A program made the translations under genes and the position numbers. A DNA stretch of 64,000 nucleotides from Nitrospinota bacterium (GTDB taxonomy: Bacteria; Nitrospinota; Nitrospinia; Nitrospinales; VA-1), in contig DUZG01000001.1 in the NCBI GenBank assembly GCA_013349585.1, positions 3,499 through 67,498 on the forward strand. The letters run 5' to 3'. Positions 1 to 9,771 of the stretch are shown here, in pieces. The notes beneath the pieces were generated by a model. It had not been told where the DNA came from. It did no database searches and worked only from the letters and a program-made list of their open reading frames with translations. The stretch's first letter is position 1. Every line of letters begins with the position of its first letter.

Positions 1-2
1 TC

Positions 3-1259
3 GCATTCAACAAGTTTGTGTTGGGAGAAAATTTTTGTAAAGACGTTTTGAATCTTTCAGATGAGCAACTGGATTCCATTACTTTTAATTTGTTATCGCA
101 TTTGGGATATACCAATGAAGAAATTCAATCTGCAAACAATTTTATCTGCGGTCGCATGACGGTCGAGAATGCTCCGCATCTAAAAGAAAGACATTATTCA
201 GTTTTTGATTGTGCTACCAAATGCGGAAGATATGGCGAACGATTCATTCGTCCGGAAGCGCATATCCAGATGATGGCTGCAGCACAGCCTTTTCTTTCAG
301 GGGCTATTTCCAAAACCATTAATATGCCAAACGAAGCAAGCATTGAAGATGTAGAAAAGGCTCACATGCTTAGCTGGAAGCTCATGCTGAAGGGAACCGC
401 CGTATATCGAGATGGATCGAAACTCAGCCAACCTCTAAACAGCGTGGCGACCGAAAGCTTTAAAGAACTGCAAATGGAAGATGATGAGGTTGCCGCGCCT
501 CCGGTAGCGCCAGCTATGAAAGCTGCCGAACAGATTATTAAGGTTATTGAGCACAAACGTAGGGCTCTGCCACATCGGCGCAAAGGCTACACTCAGAAAG
601 CGTCCATTGGCGGACACAAGGTTTATCTTAGAACAGGTGAATATGACGATGGCACTCTCGGGGAGATTTTCATCGATATGCATAAGGAAGGCGCGGCCTA
701 CCGAAGTCTGATGAACTGCTTTGCAATTGCCATTTCTTTAGGACTGCAACATGGGGTTCCTCTGGAAGAATTTGTAGACGCTTTCGTTTTCACTCGCTTT
801 GAACCCAATGGAATGGTTACGGGAAATAAGTCCATCAGCATGTCCACTTCCACCATTGACTATATCTTCCGTGAATTGGCAATCAGCTATCTGGGGCGTG
901 ACGATCTCGCACAGGTAACCCCGGATGATTTACGGTCCGATTCTATTGGTAAAAAAAATCAGCAGTCGAGTGATGAAGATGATGCCCCCGTATTAAAAAG
1001 TGAAAAGAAAGAATCCTCCGAAACCAATGCGCAGGTTGCCCCCGTTACTCAGGCCGTTCCAACTAACGGAAACGGTAATGGAAATGGCAACGGTGCTACG
1101 AAATTGAGTGGAGGTACTGCTGTTGCCACCACAGCTGTGATTGCCAAGCTTAAAGGATATGAAGGAGATGCGTGTCAGGAATGCGGTAGCTTGACGCTGG
1201 TGCGAAATGGTACGTGTTTAAAATGCATGACCTGCGGAGCGACATCAGGCTGCTCTTGA
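3..1259 (+). CDS. nrdJ: Vitamin B12-dependent (class II) ribonucleotide reductase, C-terminal part (5' truncated by window edge)
   Basis: Frame is open from the window start. Motifs [33 protein letters not shown]-like [22 protein letters not shown], and C-terminal CxxC...[11 protein letters not shown]. Confidence 0.95.
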   Translation, partial: AFNKFVLGENFCKDVLNLSDEQLDSITFNLLSHLGYTNEEIQSANNFICGRMTVENAPHLKERHYSVFDCATKCGRYGERFIRPEAHIQMMAAAQPFLSGAISKTINMPNEASIEDVEKAHMLSWKLMLKGTAVYRDGSKLSQPLNSVATESFKELQMEDDEVAAPPVAPAMKAAEQIIKVIEHKRRALPHRRKGYTQKASIGGHKVYLRTGEYDDGTLGEIFIDMHKEGAAYRSLMNCFAIAISLGLQHGVPLEEFVDAFVFTRFEPNGMVTGNKSISMSTSTIDYIFRELAISYLGRDDLAQVTPDDLRSDSIGKKNQQSSDEDDAPVLKSEKKESSETNAQVAPVTQAVPTNGNGNGNGNGATKLSGGTAVATTAVIAKLKGYEGDACQECGSLTLVRNGTCLKCMTCGATSGCS

Positions 1260-1655
1260 TTTAAACCCACCTCATTTAAGTTATTTGTTTGCAGGAGTTT
1301 GGCCGGCGATTTCTTCGCTGGCCTCTCAGCTTTCTAGCCCTCTTACGAGAGTGGCTATTGGTCAATTGACTCAAACTCTCAGTGCATTAGCCTGATTGAT
1401 GAAACATTCAAAGTAACCCTGACTGGCTCCTGCTAAAATATACCCTGTTGTAAACCCCCGGAAATCAATGGTCTTCCCGCCACATATCTCACCGATTGTC
1501 TTGAAAATAGGAAACAGTAAAAAGATATAATGTGATCGAAGAACTTTGGCTTCCGACCCAAAACGGAGGTTAGATGCGTGTAGGTCATTATCATTTTTAA
1601 CTAAACAAACTATTTCAAAGGTTGCTGAATATCGGAAGAAAAATCAGAGGAGCAG

Positions 1656-3208
1656 TTGGAATATGAAAAGAGGCTTCATGGCAGAGAAGAGATGAAGAAA
1701 CCTATATCACTTAGCGAAATACAAAATCAATACTTTAAATTCATAGAGCATAATTTTGATGTTTTATATAAGGTCATGCTAGAGAAAAAATTAACTCCTC
1801 ATGATATCGGAATGTCATTGACAAAAAACTCCAATGAATACGAAAAGTGGACCAAAGATTTAGATAAGTTTCTATCTCTTATTGATGAATTCTGGGAATC
1901 TGCAGGTGAAATAGCACAAATGCATATTGATGACATGCATGGGAATGTTAAAGGTGTTTTTGGCGGCGATTTGTTTGCGTCACACGGTGAAAACATAGCG
2001 TCAAAATGCGGTATCTATACAGATACAATAGTCTTTCCAGATCCCTTTCTTCGAATAAAGTATATTTTTGAACAAAACAACAAAGAAGATCAAACTTATT
2101 ATCTAATAAAGCATGGTTTGAATATCCTTCAATACAAGCTGCTCGCATGTGCTGATATTAAAACCCCTATTGTAGCCATCCTTCCAGATCTATCTATCCT
2201 TGAGAATAATGAGCAAAAGCTTTTCTTTCAACTTGGGCAGAAAGACTCTCTATGACACTCAGAAAAACTTTTCGGACGAAAAATTAAGTCAGCTGAAGAA
2301 CTATTTGAATTTTTTCAGACCCTGGATACTATTGAAAAAGCTGTAGCTGAAATAAAAAAATGACAACAGGATGCTATTTGACACGACATGGAAAGAAGAT
2401 ACCCCTACTAAGCTAAGAAAAGCTATGGCAAAAGATAATATAAATTTGACGGGTTCACAGTCTCCAGGCCAAATATTGGTAGCGTAGTCAGTTAGCCGGC
2501 TGGGTATTTGCAATGAACTACTTGTCAAATCTAGAAGGCTCAACGGAACACCCATTATTGATGCCCCGACCTTCTTGGCAATATCTGGTATGGAAAATGG
2601 AATATAATGCCGATAGAGCCGAACAAGAAACCGAAGTTCAAAACTTAAATATCGTTAAAGGCTTACAGGAATTAGCAGGCAGTGATATGGAATGGCTTGG
2701 AAACATCCTTCCCGACGCTCTGATAGAAGTTCGCCAATAAGGTGCAATGGATGAGATTAGAGAGATTCTGGGAAACGGCGTAAACAATTTAGTTCAATCA
2801 AACCCCACCAACTTTCACCGAAGCCAAGATAAGATATTTGATAATATTAATGAGGCCTTTGAACAGCGTCAAAAAAATAAAAGAATTGCGTGAAAAAAAT
2901 GTAAATTTGCAGGAAAAGATATCGGGTCTTGGTTGGTAACGGGATTTTTGGGTATTACCGCAATTGCAACAGGAGTTCCGGTATGGGGCCTTGCTGCTAT
3001 TGCGGCTGATCAATTATTGGATGCTCCAAAATTAAAAGAAATTCCACAATCAATTCGTAACTTAGTTGCCGAAAATAACAAAGTTAATAAGTCATCTGTC
3101 GGAATGTTATTTAGTGTGAGTAAAAAAACTGAGGCCAACGTAAAAACCAAACGTCCACTTTTGGCCGATTTCTGCCAATTTATCCCGTTTTTATTTTCGA
3201 TTTTCTAA
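1656..3208 (+). pseudogene. Fragmented hypothetical protein (ORF pieces 1656-2255, 2513-2740, 2933-3208)
   Basis: Reading continues past TGA 2253-2255 (HSEKLFGRKIKSAEELFEFF). Further stops and frameshifts link the same-strand pieces. AT-rich. Confidence 0.75.
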
Positions 3209-3279
3209 CATTTTTTCAAAAGATATTTAACTATTTCCAGATGCACAATTATTGTGACAGGAAAAAATAGTATCGACCT

Positions 3280-4143
3280 CTAGAGTCCAGCTTCACGCTG
3301 GCAGCGGAAGCCGAAGGTTGGATTTTTCAGTTTTGCGTCTACCTTGTTACGAAAAGAAATTTTGGACTGATTATTGTAGCTGGTCCAGCCGCCTCCCTTT
3401 ACAATTTGCAAACCTTTGTTTTTTGTCTGCACCCATTCCCAAACATTGCCTGTCATATCCATGATTCCATAAGGGCTTGCGCCTACATCAAAAGAAGCCA
3501 CGGGTGCAACGGATAAATATCCGTCTTCTTTGCCAAACGTGTTGGCATGTTGAGGTAGAAACTCATTTCCCCAGGGCCAGGTGTTGGTCGAGTTGCCCCG
3601 GGCCGCAGCTTCCCATTCTTCTTCACTTGGTAAACGTTTGCCAGCCCATTGGCAATATTTTCGTGCCTGATTCCAGTTGATTCCCATGGCGGGGCATTGC
3701 GGGCAGGGTTTGCCATTTGTATAAGGCTTTTCACTATATAGCGGTTGGAATTTTTGAAAATTATCTACAGTTATTTCTGTCCTATCAATGTAGAAAGCCG
3801 AGAGTGTTACAAAATGGGAGCTGTTTGCATCGGGACGGGGGGTTCCACTTGCCGCTATTTTTTTTTCACCGACAAGGTATTTTCCCTGATTGATTAGGAT
3901 CATCAATGTCTGATCCTTCTCATTTAAAATAGTGGGAAGAAGAGAGGTGTTACTTGTTGTAAGTCGTGGAAGGCTTTTCAGTTTTTGAGGAGGTTTCTTT
4001 TTTGCCTGAACTGGTTTATTCTGGGATTTTTTATAGTAGCGTTCAGAGCTGTCCTGTTTTGCATATCTTTTTCGATGCTTCTTGGCAGGCGTGCAGGCAC
4101 TCACCCAGGTAAATATAAGGATGAAGGCAATAATCAGTCTCAA
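3280..4143 (-). CDS. Formylglycine-generating enzyme (FGE-sulfatase/SUMF1) domain protein, probable lipoprotein
   Basis: RLPSEEEWEAAARG, DMTGNVWEW, GFRC; lipobox-like VSAC after a hydrophobic N-terminus. Confidence 0.9.
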   Translation of the reverse strand: MRLIIAFILIFTWVSACTPAKKHRKRYAKQDSSERYYKKSQNKPVQAKKKPPQKLKSLPRLTTSNTSLLPTILNEKDQTLMILINQGKYLVGEKKIAASGTPRPDANSSHFVTLSAFYIDRTEITVDNFQKFQPLYSEKPYTNGKPCPQCPAMGINWNQARKYCQWAGKRLPSEEEWEAAARGNSTNTWPWGNEFLPQHANTFGKEDGYLSVAPVASFDVGASPYGIMDMTGNVWEWVQTKNKGLQIVKGGGWTSYNNQSKISFRNKVDAKLKNPTFGFRCQREAGL

Positions 4144-4556
4144 TGTTCTTTCTGGCTCATGAGCGAATCCATTTTCCCTTTCAGGCGGCGATACTTTTTA
4201 TAGCTTGCTTCTGCTTCATCTTTCTTACCCATCAATTCGTAGGTGTAACCCAGGCTATACCAAGCGTTGTGATGGGTGGGGTCGATTTTTAAAACCGATT
4301 TAAATACTTGCTCAGCATCTTTAAATTTTTTCTGATAATTGTAGATACCTCCGAGACTATAATAGCCATCTACGTTATTTGCATCTTTCTCTATTGCTTT
4401 TAAAAAGGATTTTTTGGAGGAGTCATATTGTTCGTGATTTAAATGCTCCAATCCTTCCTGTACATATTCACCGCTATTTTTGTCGCTGCATTGAGTTAAA
4501 ATCATTCCTAACAGGATCAATGCTAAAAATTTATAGAAAGGGCGAATCATCTTCAC
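4140..4556 (-). CDS. Small TPR lipoprotein
   Basis: TPR patterns (YYSLGGIY, AWYSLGYTY) and signal peptide ending LTQC; overlaps the next gene by 4 bp. Confidence 0.85.
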   Translation of the reverse strand: MKMIRPFYKFLALILLGMILTQCSDKNSGEYVQEGLEHLNHEQYDSSKKSFLKAIEKDANNVDGYYSLGGIYNYQKKFKDAEQVFKSVLKIDPTHHNAWYSLGYTYELMGKKDEAEASYKKYRRLKGKMDSLMSQKEH

Positions 4557-4660
4557 CTGCCTTAATAATGTTTGCTAACCTGTTTCCTAAATTTCGGAAA
4601 CATATAGTGTCAATATAACACCAATGCTTATTCTCCATTATATTTAAAACGGAAAGCAAT

Positions 4661-5848
4661 ATGACACTCTTTGATATTCTTCTTCTATCCGGCGTTGTCA
4701 CGTTAGCCGTGATGCTCAGTATAAAGAATGAGCTGATCGGAGGCTATCGCCTTTTGTCGTGGATGAAAAGGCGATTGGCTTTATTGAAAGAACGTGGTCA
4801 AAAAACTATCTTGGAAAAAGAACAACTGGCTATTCAGGAAACATTGATGGCTTGCGAGGGATTGTGGAATATTAGTTTTGAAGAATGGGATTTTAAATCT
4901 GCAACACTTTCTTTGATCAAAAAAATTGCTTTTATTTATCATCCAAATGAAAAGTCTCCAATAGAGCAAGCGCGGTTGGAAGATGTCCTCGAAGCATTGC
5001 AGGAAGCAAACCAGAAAATTTTACATGTCATTCATCTTCCCCAGGTTGAATATGTGACGCAGTTTCGGGTTGCTCATATTTTTAAAAACTACAAGACATC
5101 ACCCAATAACTCAAGAGACACCGGGCCAAGCAAATCAGGAATAAAAAGCCGTTTGTTAAAACCATTAATTCTTAAGTGGGTTGTCAGGTCGCTTCTCATT
5201 CAGTGGGTGTTATTGGTAGGAGAGGCTGCACTCAAGGTCTATGGAGGCGATAAGGAAGAAGGGGGAGTGGAAGCCGAAGCCGTTCTTGCGGATTTGGAAA
5301 ACCTTCCGGATGCACCGGATATACCGTTGCCTGAGAGTGTGAAAAAGATTGTTGAGTCTTCGAAAAAGAAGATCGTTTTTTCGCCGACTGAAATTCCTTG
5401 GAGAAAGGTCGGGCAAATTTATTTTATACTCACAGATCAAATTGCCCGACACTACCATTCTGATTCTACTTTCCCAATATACGAAGCACGTGTTTGCGAT
5501 TTGCTCAAGTCTGTTGCCGACTTTCTGGAGGGGGTAACTCGATTGGGCCAGAAACCCGTATTGAATAAAATTTTGAAAATTCGAATCTCACGATTGACGC
5601 AAGCGAAAGACCTCGCTCTTCCTTTTGGACAGAATAAGATTTCGGAATGGGTGAACAAGTATCAGGTAGGCGGTATCGCTAAATGGTCGCATACACTATA
5701 TAGAACCCTGCAGAAAAAACAGCCGGGAATCCTTTTGCGAGATGTTGTCCTTGGAATTGTTAAGGAGGGAGGCAAACGCTGGTTCGTTTTATATCTCCAT
5801 GGTAAAGTTGCCGCCGAAGCGAATAAGCTTTATGACCCAAACCCTTAA
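4661..5848 (+). CDS. Hypothetical membrane-anchored protein with an internal two-fold repeat
   Basis: 395-aa ORF with N-terminal TM helix; repeated IAxxYHxxxxxPIxxARxxDxL motif. Confidence 0.75.
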   Translation: MTLFDILLLSGVVTLAVMLSIKNELIGGYRLLSWMKRRLALLKERGQKTILEKEQLAIQETLMACEGLWNISFEEWDFKSATLSLIKKIAFIYHPNEKSPIEQARLEDVLEALQEANQKILHVIHLPQVEYVTQFRVAHIFKNYKTSPNNSRDTGPSKSGIKSRLLKPLILKWVVRSLLIQWVLLVGEAALKVYGGDKEEGGVEAEAVLADLENLPDAPDIPLPESVKKIVESSKKKIVFSPTEIPWRKVGQIYFILTDQIARHYHSDSTFPIYEARVCDLLKSVADFLEGVTRLGQKPVLNKILKIRISRLTQAKDLALPFGQNKISEWVNKYQVGGIAKWSHTLYRTLQKKQPGILLRDVVLGIVKEGGKRWFVLYLHGKVAAEANKLYDPNP

Positions 5849-5850
5849 AT

Positions 5851-6684
5851 TTATTTTTTCTTGTGTAACGAATAGGAAACTCGGATACCACTAGTATATA
5901 TATCGGCCCAGTGGGAGGATTTTTTTTGCTGGGGTGTGAGCAAGTCGTGATAGGTACAAGGCCGGATTCCGTATGTCGACCAGTCCAGTTTTTTGAATTG
6001 AGCGTTCAGAGACTGAAACCAAATTTCAAGTAGCTCAGCGCTGGGTAATGTGATCAGGCTGAGGTCTTTGCTGCGGTAATCAAAGGAATGTGGCAGTGTG
6101 TAATCTTTTTTTTCGGGTTGCGTCAACGCAGTGAGAAGGATCGGAAGCTTTAGTGTTTCTTCATTGACGTTTTCATAAACCTGCGGTGCGTCTTTTCCTT
6201 GAATAGCAGCATAGGCTGCTGTGAAAGTGTCGAGGATCACAGTTTCTTTTGCCGCACGCAACATGAGCTTGAGCAGTCGATAAGGTTCAGTTGTGTAATA
6301 AAGCATCCCTAAGCAAAGCACAGTATCAAAACTTCCTTCCTCAACATTCTCCAGATATTGCAGGGCATCCCCAACGGCCATGGAATATTTTTCCTTCGCA
6401 ATATTGAGTTCCTGAAATAATTCCTGCCCCAAACGAATCATTTTTTCTTCCGTATCGATTCCCTGAATGAAATCCGCACCGGATTCTAAAGCCGCGTAAG
6501 CGAACGTTCCCATATGTGAGCCGACATCGAGAATTCTTTTCCCCTGGATATATTTCTGATTTTTTACCAGAAGATGGTCAAGTCTGGCATTGAGGCATTC
6601 GGGATGATATGGAATGGCCCATCTGGTTTTCCGGGTTTCGTGGGCGAGAAAGGGAGAATCGTCAGAAATTAGAGGTTTTTTCAT
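5851..6684 (-). CDS. Class I SAM-dependent methyltransferase
   Basis: Motif I ILDVGSHMG; FDTVLCLGMLYY. Confidence 0.9.
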   Translation of the reverse strand: MKKPLISDDSPFLAHETRKTRWAIPYHPECLNARLDHLLVKNQKYIQGKRILDVGSHMGTFAYAALESGADFIQGIDTEEKMIRLGQELFQELNIAKEKYSMAVGDALQYLENVEEGSFDTVLCLGMLYYTTEPYRLLKLMLRAAKETVILDTFTAAYAAIQGKDAPQVYENVNEETLKLPILLTALTQPEKKDYTLPHSFDYRSKDLSLITLPSAELLEIWFQSLNAQFKKLDWSTYGIRPCTYHDLLTPQQKKSSHWADIYTSGIRVSYSLHKKK

Positions 6685-7005
6685 ATCGAGATAAAAAAAT
6701 TATTTTTGTGCTTTTATGATTTTTTTGAGGCAATTTTAATGTAGCAGGAAAACCGAAACTATCCAATTTTAAAGGGGTTTCTATTCTATAGAAGGGGTCT
6801 TTTCTTAACTTAATCTGTTTTAATGGTTGTAGTTGTTTGATTTATTTGGAGTTATGGGTTTCTGTATAGAGGCGTAAAATATTATATTTAAAACCATCAA
6901 AACTGAAGTTATTTAGATGTTGGTTTATTTGTACGGCTCTTGTTTTATTGGGTGGAAAACCTGATAAATAAAATATTACCAGTTAATAAAATTAGCGAGT
7001 GAGTG

Positions 7006-7689
7006 ATGTCTTCTGTTGTTCAGATATTAAGTCCTCAAGCTGAAGAGTTGCAGGCCAAGCGGTGCGAGTTAGCAAAATTGCGCAAAAATCTGGCTGATCT
7101 TATTACTCAGGGCAAGTCGCGGTCTACAGTGGATTAGGCTTACAACGCGCTTAGCTATTTTCATAAGGCGGTTTACGATCAGCATCTGGTTCTGGAAGGG
7201 TTCAAAAGACCAGGGAAGAAATAATTAAATCCAGTAGTGCTTACCATTAGTGAGGCTAAAAGGATTGCGACTTCTGCTGAAAACTTGAAGCATTGATTGA
7301 TGATTGAAATAGCTTAAACCGCGGGGCTAAGGGTCTCTGAGCTGGTTGAGGTAAAGGTTCAGCATCTGAATCTGGAAAAGCTGAAAATATTTGTACCGGG
7401 AATCGGCAAACTGGGTGCCCGAACAACAATTTTTTCTATGGGTTTTAAAGATGCTTTACAAAGGCGGATTGGTAACAAAGGCCCGAATGATTATCTTTTT
7501 CTAAGTGAGAGAGGTGGAAATTTGACCACACGAAGTGTGACCAAGTTGTTCAAGGTTGCTTTGCAAACCTCGGGAGTTGAAAAGTAAGTAACTCCGCATT
7601 CGTTACGGCAGTCTTTCACAGATATCATGCTTGCCAAAGGAAACGATCAGGCTTTGGTGCAATCGTTATCAGGTCGTCGCGCCCTCTAG
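7006..7689 (+). pseudogene. Tyrosine recombinase (integron-integrase-like/Xer-like) pseudogene
   Basis: Manual translation from ATG 7006: STVD*AYNALSYF, RPGKK*LNPVVLT, AGLRVSELV, YLF, VTPHSLRQSF. Five in-frame stops (7135, 7222, 7294, 7315, 7585); ends before the catalytic Tyr. Confidence 0.9.
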
Positions 7690-7763
7690 CGAGGGAGGCA
7701 ATTGGTCAATAACTTTCAAGCTGACAGATACGGTTTCCCTTTTTACTTTTGTCCGCCTGCATT

Positions 7764-7818
7764 CCCTCCCCTTACCATCAAGCCCGATGATTTGAGGGCT
7801 TGATGGGTAAGGGGAGGG
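7764..7818. repeat. GC-rich 22-bp-stem palindrome (REP-like; possible bidirectional terminator)
   Basis: ccctccccttaccatcaagccc-N10-gggcttgat(g)ggtaaggggaggg between convergent genes. Confidence 0.75.
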
Positions 7819-7841
7819 TTAGATAAATTTCCCACCAAAAA

Positions 7842-8915
7842 TTAATCTACCGATTGGTATTGCATGTTGCGGCGTTGAGGGGTGAAGCCGCCATCGGTGA
7901 TAAGCCTTTTAATTTCTTCTTCGTCGAGAGAATAGACAGTGCCTGCTGCAGCCACTACATTTTCTTCCATCATCGTACTCCCCATATCATTGGCCCCATA
8001 GTAAAGAGAAACCTGTCCAATTTTGGGTCCCTGTGTTACCCATGAGGATTGCAAATTATCGAAGTTGTCGAGAAAAATTCTGCTGATAGCCAGAGTCTTT
8101 AAATAGTCGAACCCACTAACGGCTGTTGTTATCCCTGTTTGTCCTTGTAGTTCGGTATTTCCCGGTTGAAACCCCCATGCAATGAAAGCGGTGAATCCGC
8201 CTGTTTTATCCTGCAGTTGACGGAGCCGATTGAGGTGTTCGATCCGCTCTTCCAAGGTCTCTACATGACCGAACATCATAGTAGCGGTGGTGGGGATATC
8301 CATTTGATGCGCCTGCTCCATCACTTCCAGCCACTCGTCACTATTGCATTTTTTTGGACTGATGATCTGCCGTACTCGATCCACAAGAATTTCTGCGCCA
8401 CCTCCGGGTATGGAGTCAAGTCCTGCCGCTTTCATTCTTTTTAAAGTTTCATTCAGAGATATTTTAGATATCCGACTGGTATGCAGTATCTCGGAAGGCG
8501 AGAGTGCATGCAGATGAATATTATATTTTGCTTTGATATTTTTAAACAGGTCTTCAAAATAATCGATTTTGAGATTATTGTTATGTCCACCCTGAAGCAA
8601 TATCTGCTGCCCGCCAATTGCCAGGGTTTCTTCGATTTTTTTTGCAATGGTTTCGAAAGGCAGGACGTATGCATCTTTGTCGGGTTCTTTTCGGTAAAAA
8701 GCACAGAAGGAACAGTCAGTGACACAGATGTTAGTGTAGTTGATATTGCGATCAACGATATATGTTACCGTTTTATTTTTTTTGAGTTTTTTCCGGGTAA
8801 GTCGCGATGCCACATTTCCGAGCAATAGAATATCTTTTGCGCTGAAAAGTTTAACCGCTTCAGAAGGTTCGAGGCGTTGTCCTGCAATAGCTTTTTCGAG
8901 GATGAATTCAATCAT
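7842..8915 (-). CDS. mqnC: Cyclic dehypoxanthine futalosine synthase (radical SAM, menaquinone futalosine pathway)
   Basis: DRNINYTNICVTDCSFCAF, SIPGGGAEIL, GANDMGSTMMEENVV. Start placed at ATG 8915 (MIEFILEK), overlapping the upstream stop. Confidence 0.9.
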   Translation of the reverse strand: MIEFILEKAIAGQRLEPSEAVKLFSAKDILLLGNVASRLTRKKLKKNKTVTYIVDRNINYTNICVTDCSFCAFYRKEPDKDAYVLPFETIAKKIEETLAIGGQQILLQGGHNNNLKIDYFEDLFKNIKAKYNIHLHALSPSEILHTSRISKISLNETLKRMKAAGLDSIPGGGAEILVDRVRQIISPKKCNSDEWLEVMEQAHQMDIPTTATMMFGHVETLEERIEHLNRLRQLQDKTGGFTAFIAWGFQPGNTELQGQTGITTAVSGFDYLKTLAISRIFLDNFDNLQSSWVTQGPKIGQVSLYYGANDMGSTMMEENVVAAAGTVYSLDEEEIKRLITDGGFTPQRRNMQYQSVD

Positions 8916-9303
8916 TAGGATTGTCGCAATGAATTTCCAGGTGATTGTCATCGGGATCATTGAAATAGATAGACTCTCCATCACCTCGTTTAACCGGGCC
9001 GCTATCTATATGGATGTTTTTAGATTGAAGTTCTTTAACGACACTTTCAAAGTCCGCGTGGTCAGCTTCGAAGGCAAGGTGTAGATAGCCTTCTTCACTT
9101 AAAAGGTTCATGGCCTCTTTGACTTCCAATTCAGGGGCTTCAAAAAGGGCGATGGCGGCGTTTCCGGTTTCCAGCATAAGATGCCGCAGTCCTTTGGAAA
9201 ATCGGTGCGTTACTTGGAATCCCAATACATCGATGTAGAACCTTTCGGCTCGATCGAGATCTTTTACATTGAGAGCAATATGATGAATACCATTGAGTTG
9301 CAT
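8908..9303 (-). CDS. VOC/glyoxalase family protein
   Basis: IHHIALNVKDLDRAERFY, HLAF, YFNDPDDNHLEI. Confidence 0.9.
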   Translation of the reverse strand: MQLNGIHHIALNVKDLDRAERFYIDVLGFQVTHRFSKGLRHLMLETGNAAIALFEAPELEVKEAMNLLSEEGYLHLAFEADHADFESVVKELQSKNIHIDSGPVKRGDGESIYFNDPDDNHLEIHCDNPND

Positions 9304-9314
9304 GACAGGGAGGG

Positions 9315-9692
9315 CTAAAGAGTTCCGGGGCCAGCACCAGCTGGTAGTGAGAGTCCATCAACACCGAGATCACCCATCGCCTCTTCTTCGGTTACTATGA
9401 AAATATGGTATCCGAATTTGCTTTTTATGGGGCCACGCACTTCTCCGACAGGGGTTTCCATTGCAGCTTTTTCAAGTTCCGGTGCGGAGGTATTGAATTC
9501 GATGAAACCTAAATCGCCGCCTTTGTTCCGGGTGCCGCAGGCACTGTATTTTTTTGCCATCTTTGCAAACACCTTAAACAGCATTTCCTTGTCTTTATAT
9601 TCATCTTCTCTAAGATGATCGAGCAGAACATTTGCCAGCTCTTCTGTGGATAAAACAATATGGCTTACTCGAATAGATCTTATGGGTGGCAT
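9315..9692 (-). CDS. Parvulin-type (PpiC-like) peptidyl-prolyl isomerase
   Basis: SHIVL, KKYSAC...KGGDLG, GPIKSKFGYHI. Confidence 0.9.
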   Translation of the reverse strand: MPPIRSIRVSHIVLSTEELANVLLDHLREDEYKDKEMLFKVFAKMAKKYSACGTRNKGGDLGFIEFNTSAPELEKAAMETPVGEVRGPIKSKFGYHIFIVTEEEAMGDLGVDGLSLPAGAGPGTL

Positions 9693-9771
9693 TTTGGCAT
9701 CCTCGCCCTTTGCGTTTGGAATAATTTATATTTCCAAATTATACGGGAACTGGCAGTTAAAAAGAAGGAAA

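Noticed and set aside
1065..1094. (NG)n low-complexity run in NrdJ
   Set aside because: Codons vary; an ordinary flexible linker before the C-terminal Cys domain, not a DNA repeat or intein.
6685..7005. Possible attI/attC integron array upstream of the recombinase
   Set aside because: No recognisable attC (RYYYAAC...GTTRRRY palindrome) between upstream genes, and the integrase lacks the IntI-specific insertion.
7006..7689. Stop-codon reassignment explaining the in-frame stops
   Set aside because: All three stop types occur and neighbouring genes use them as normal terminators.
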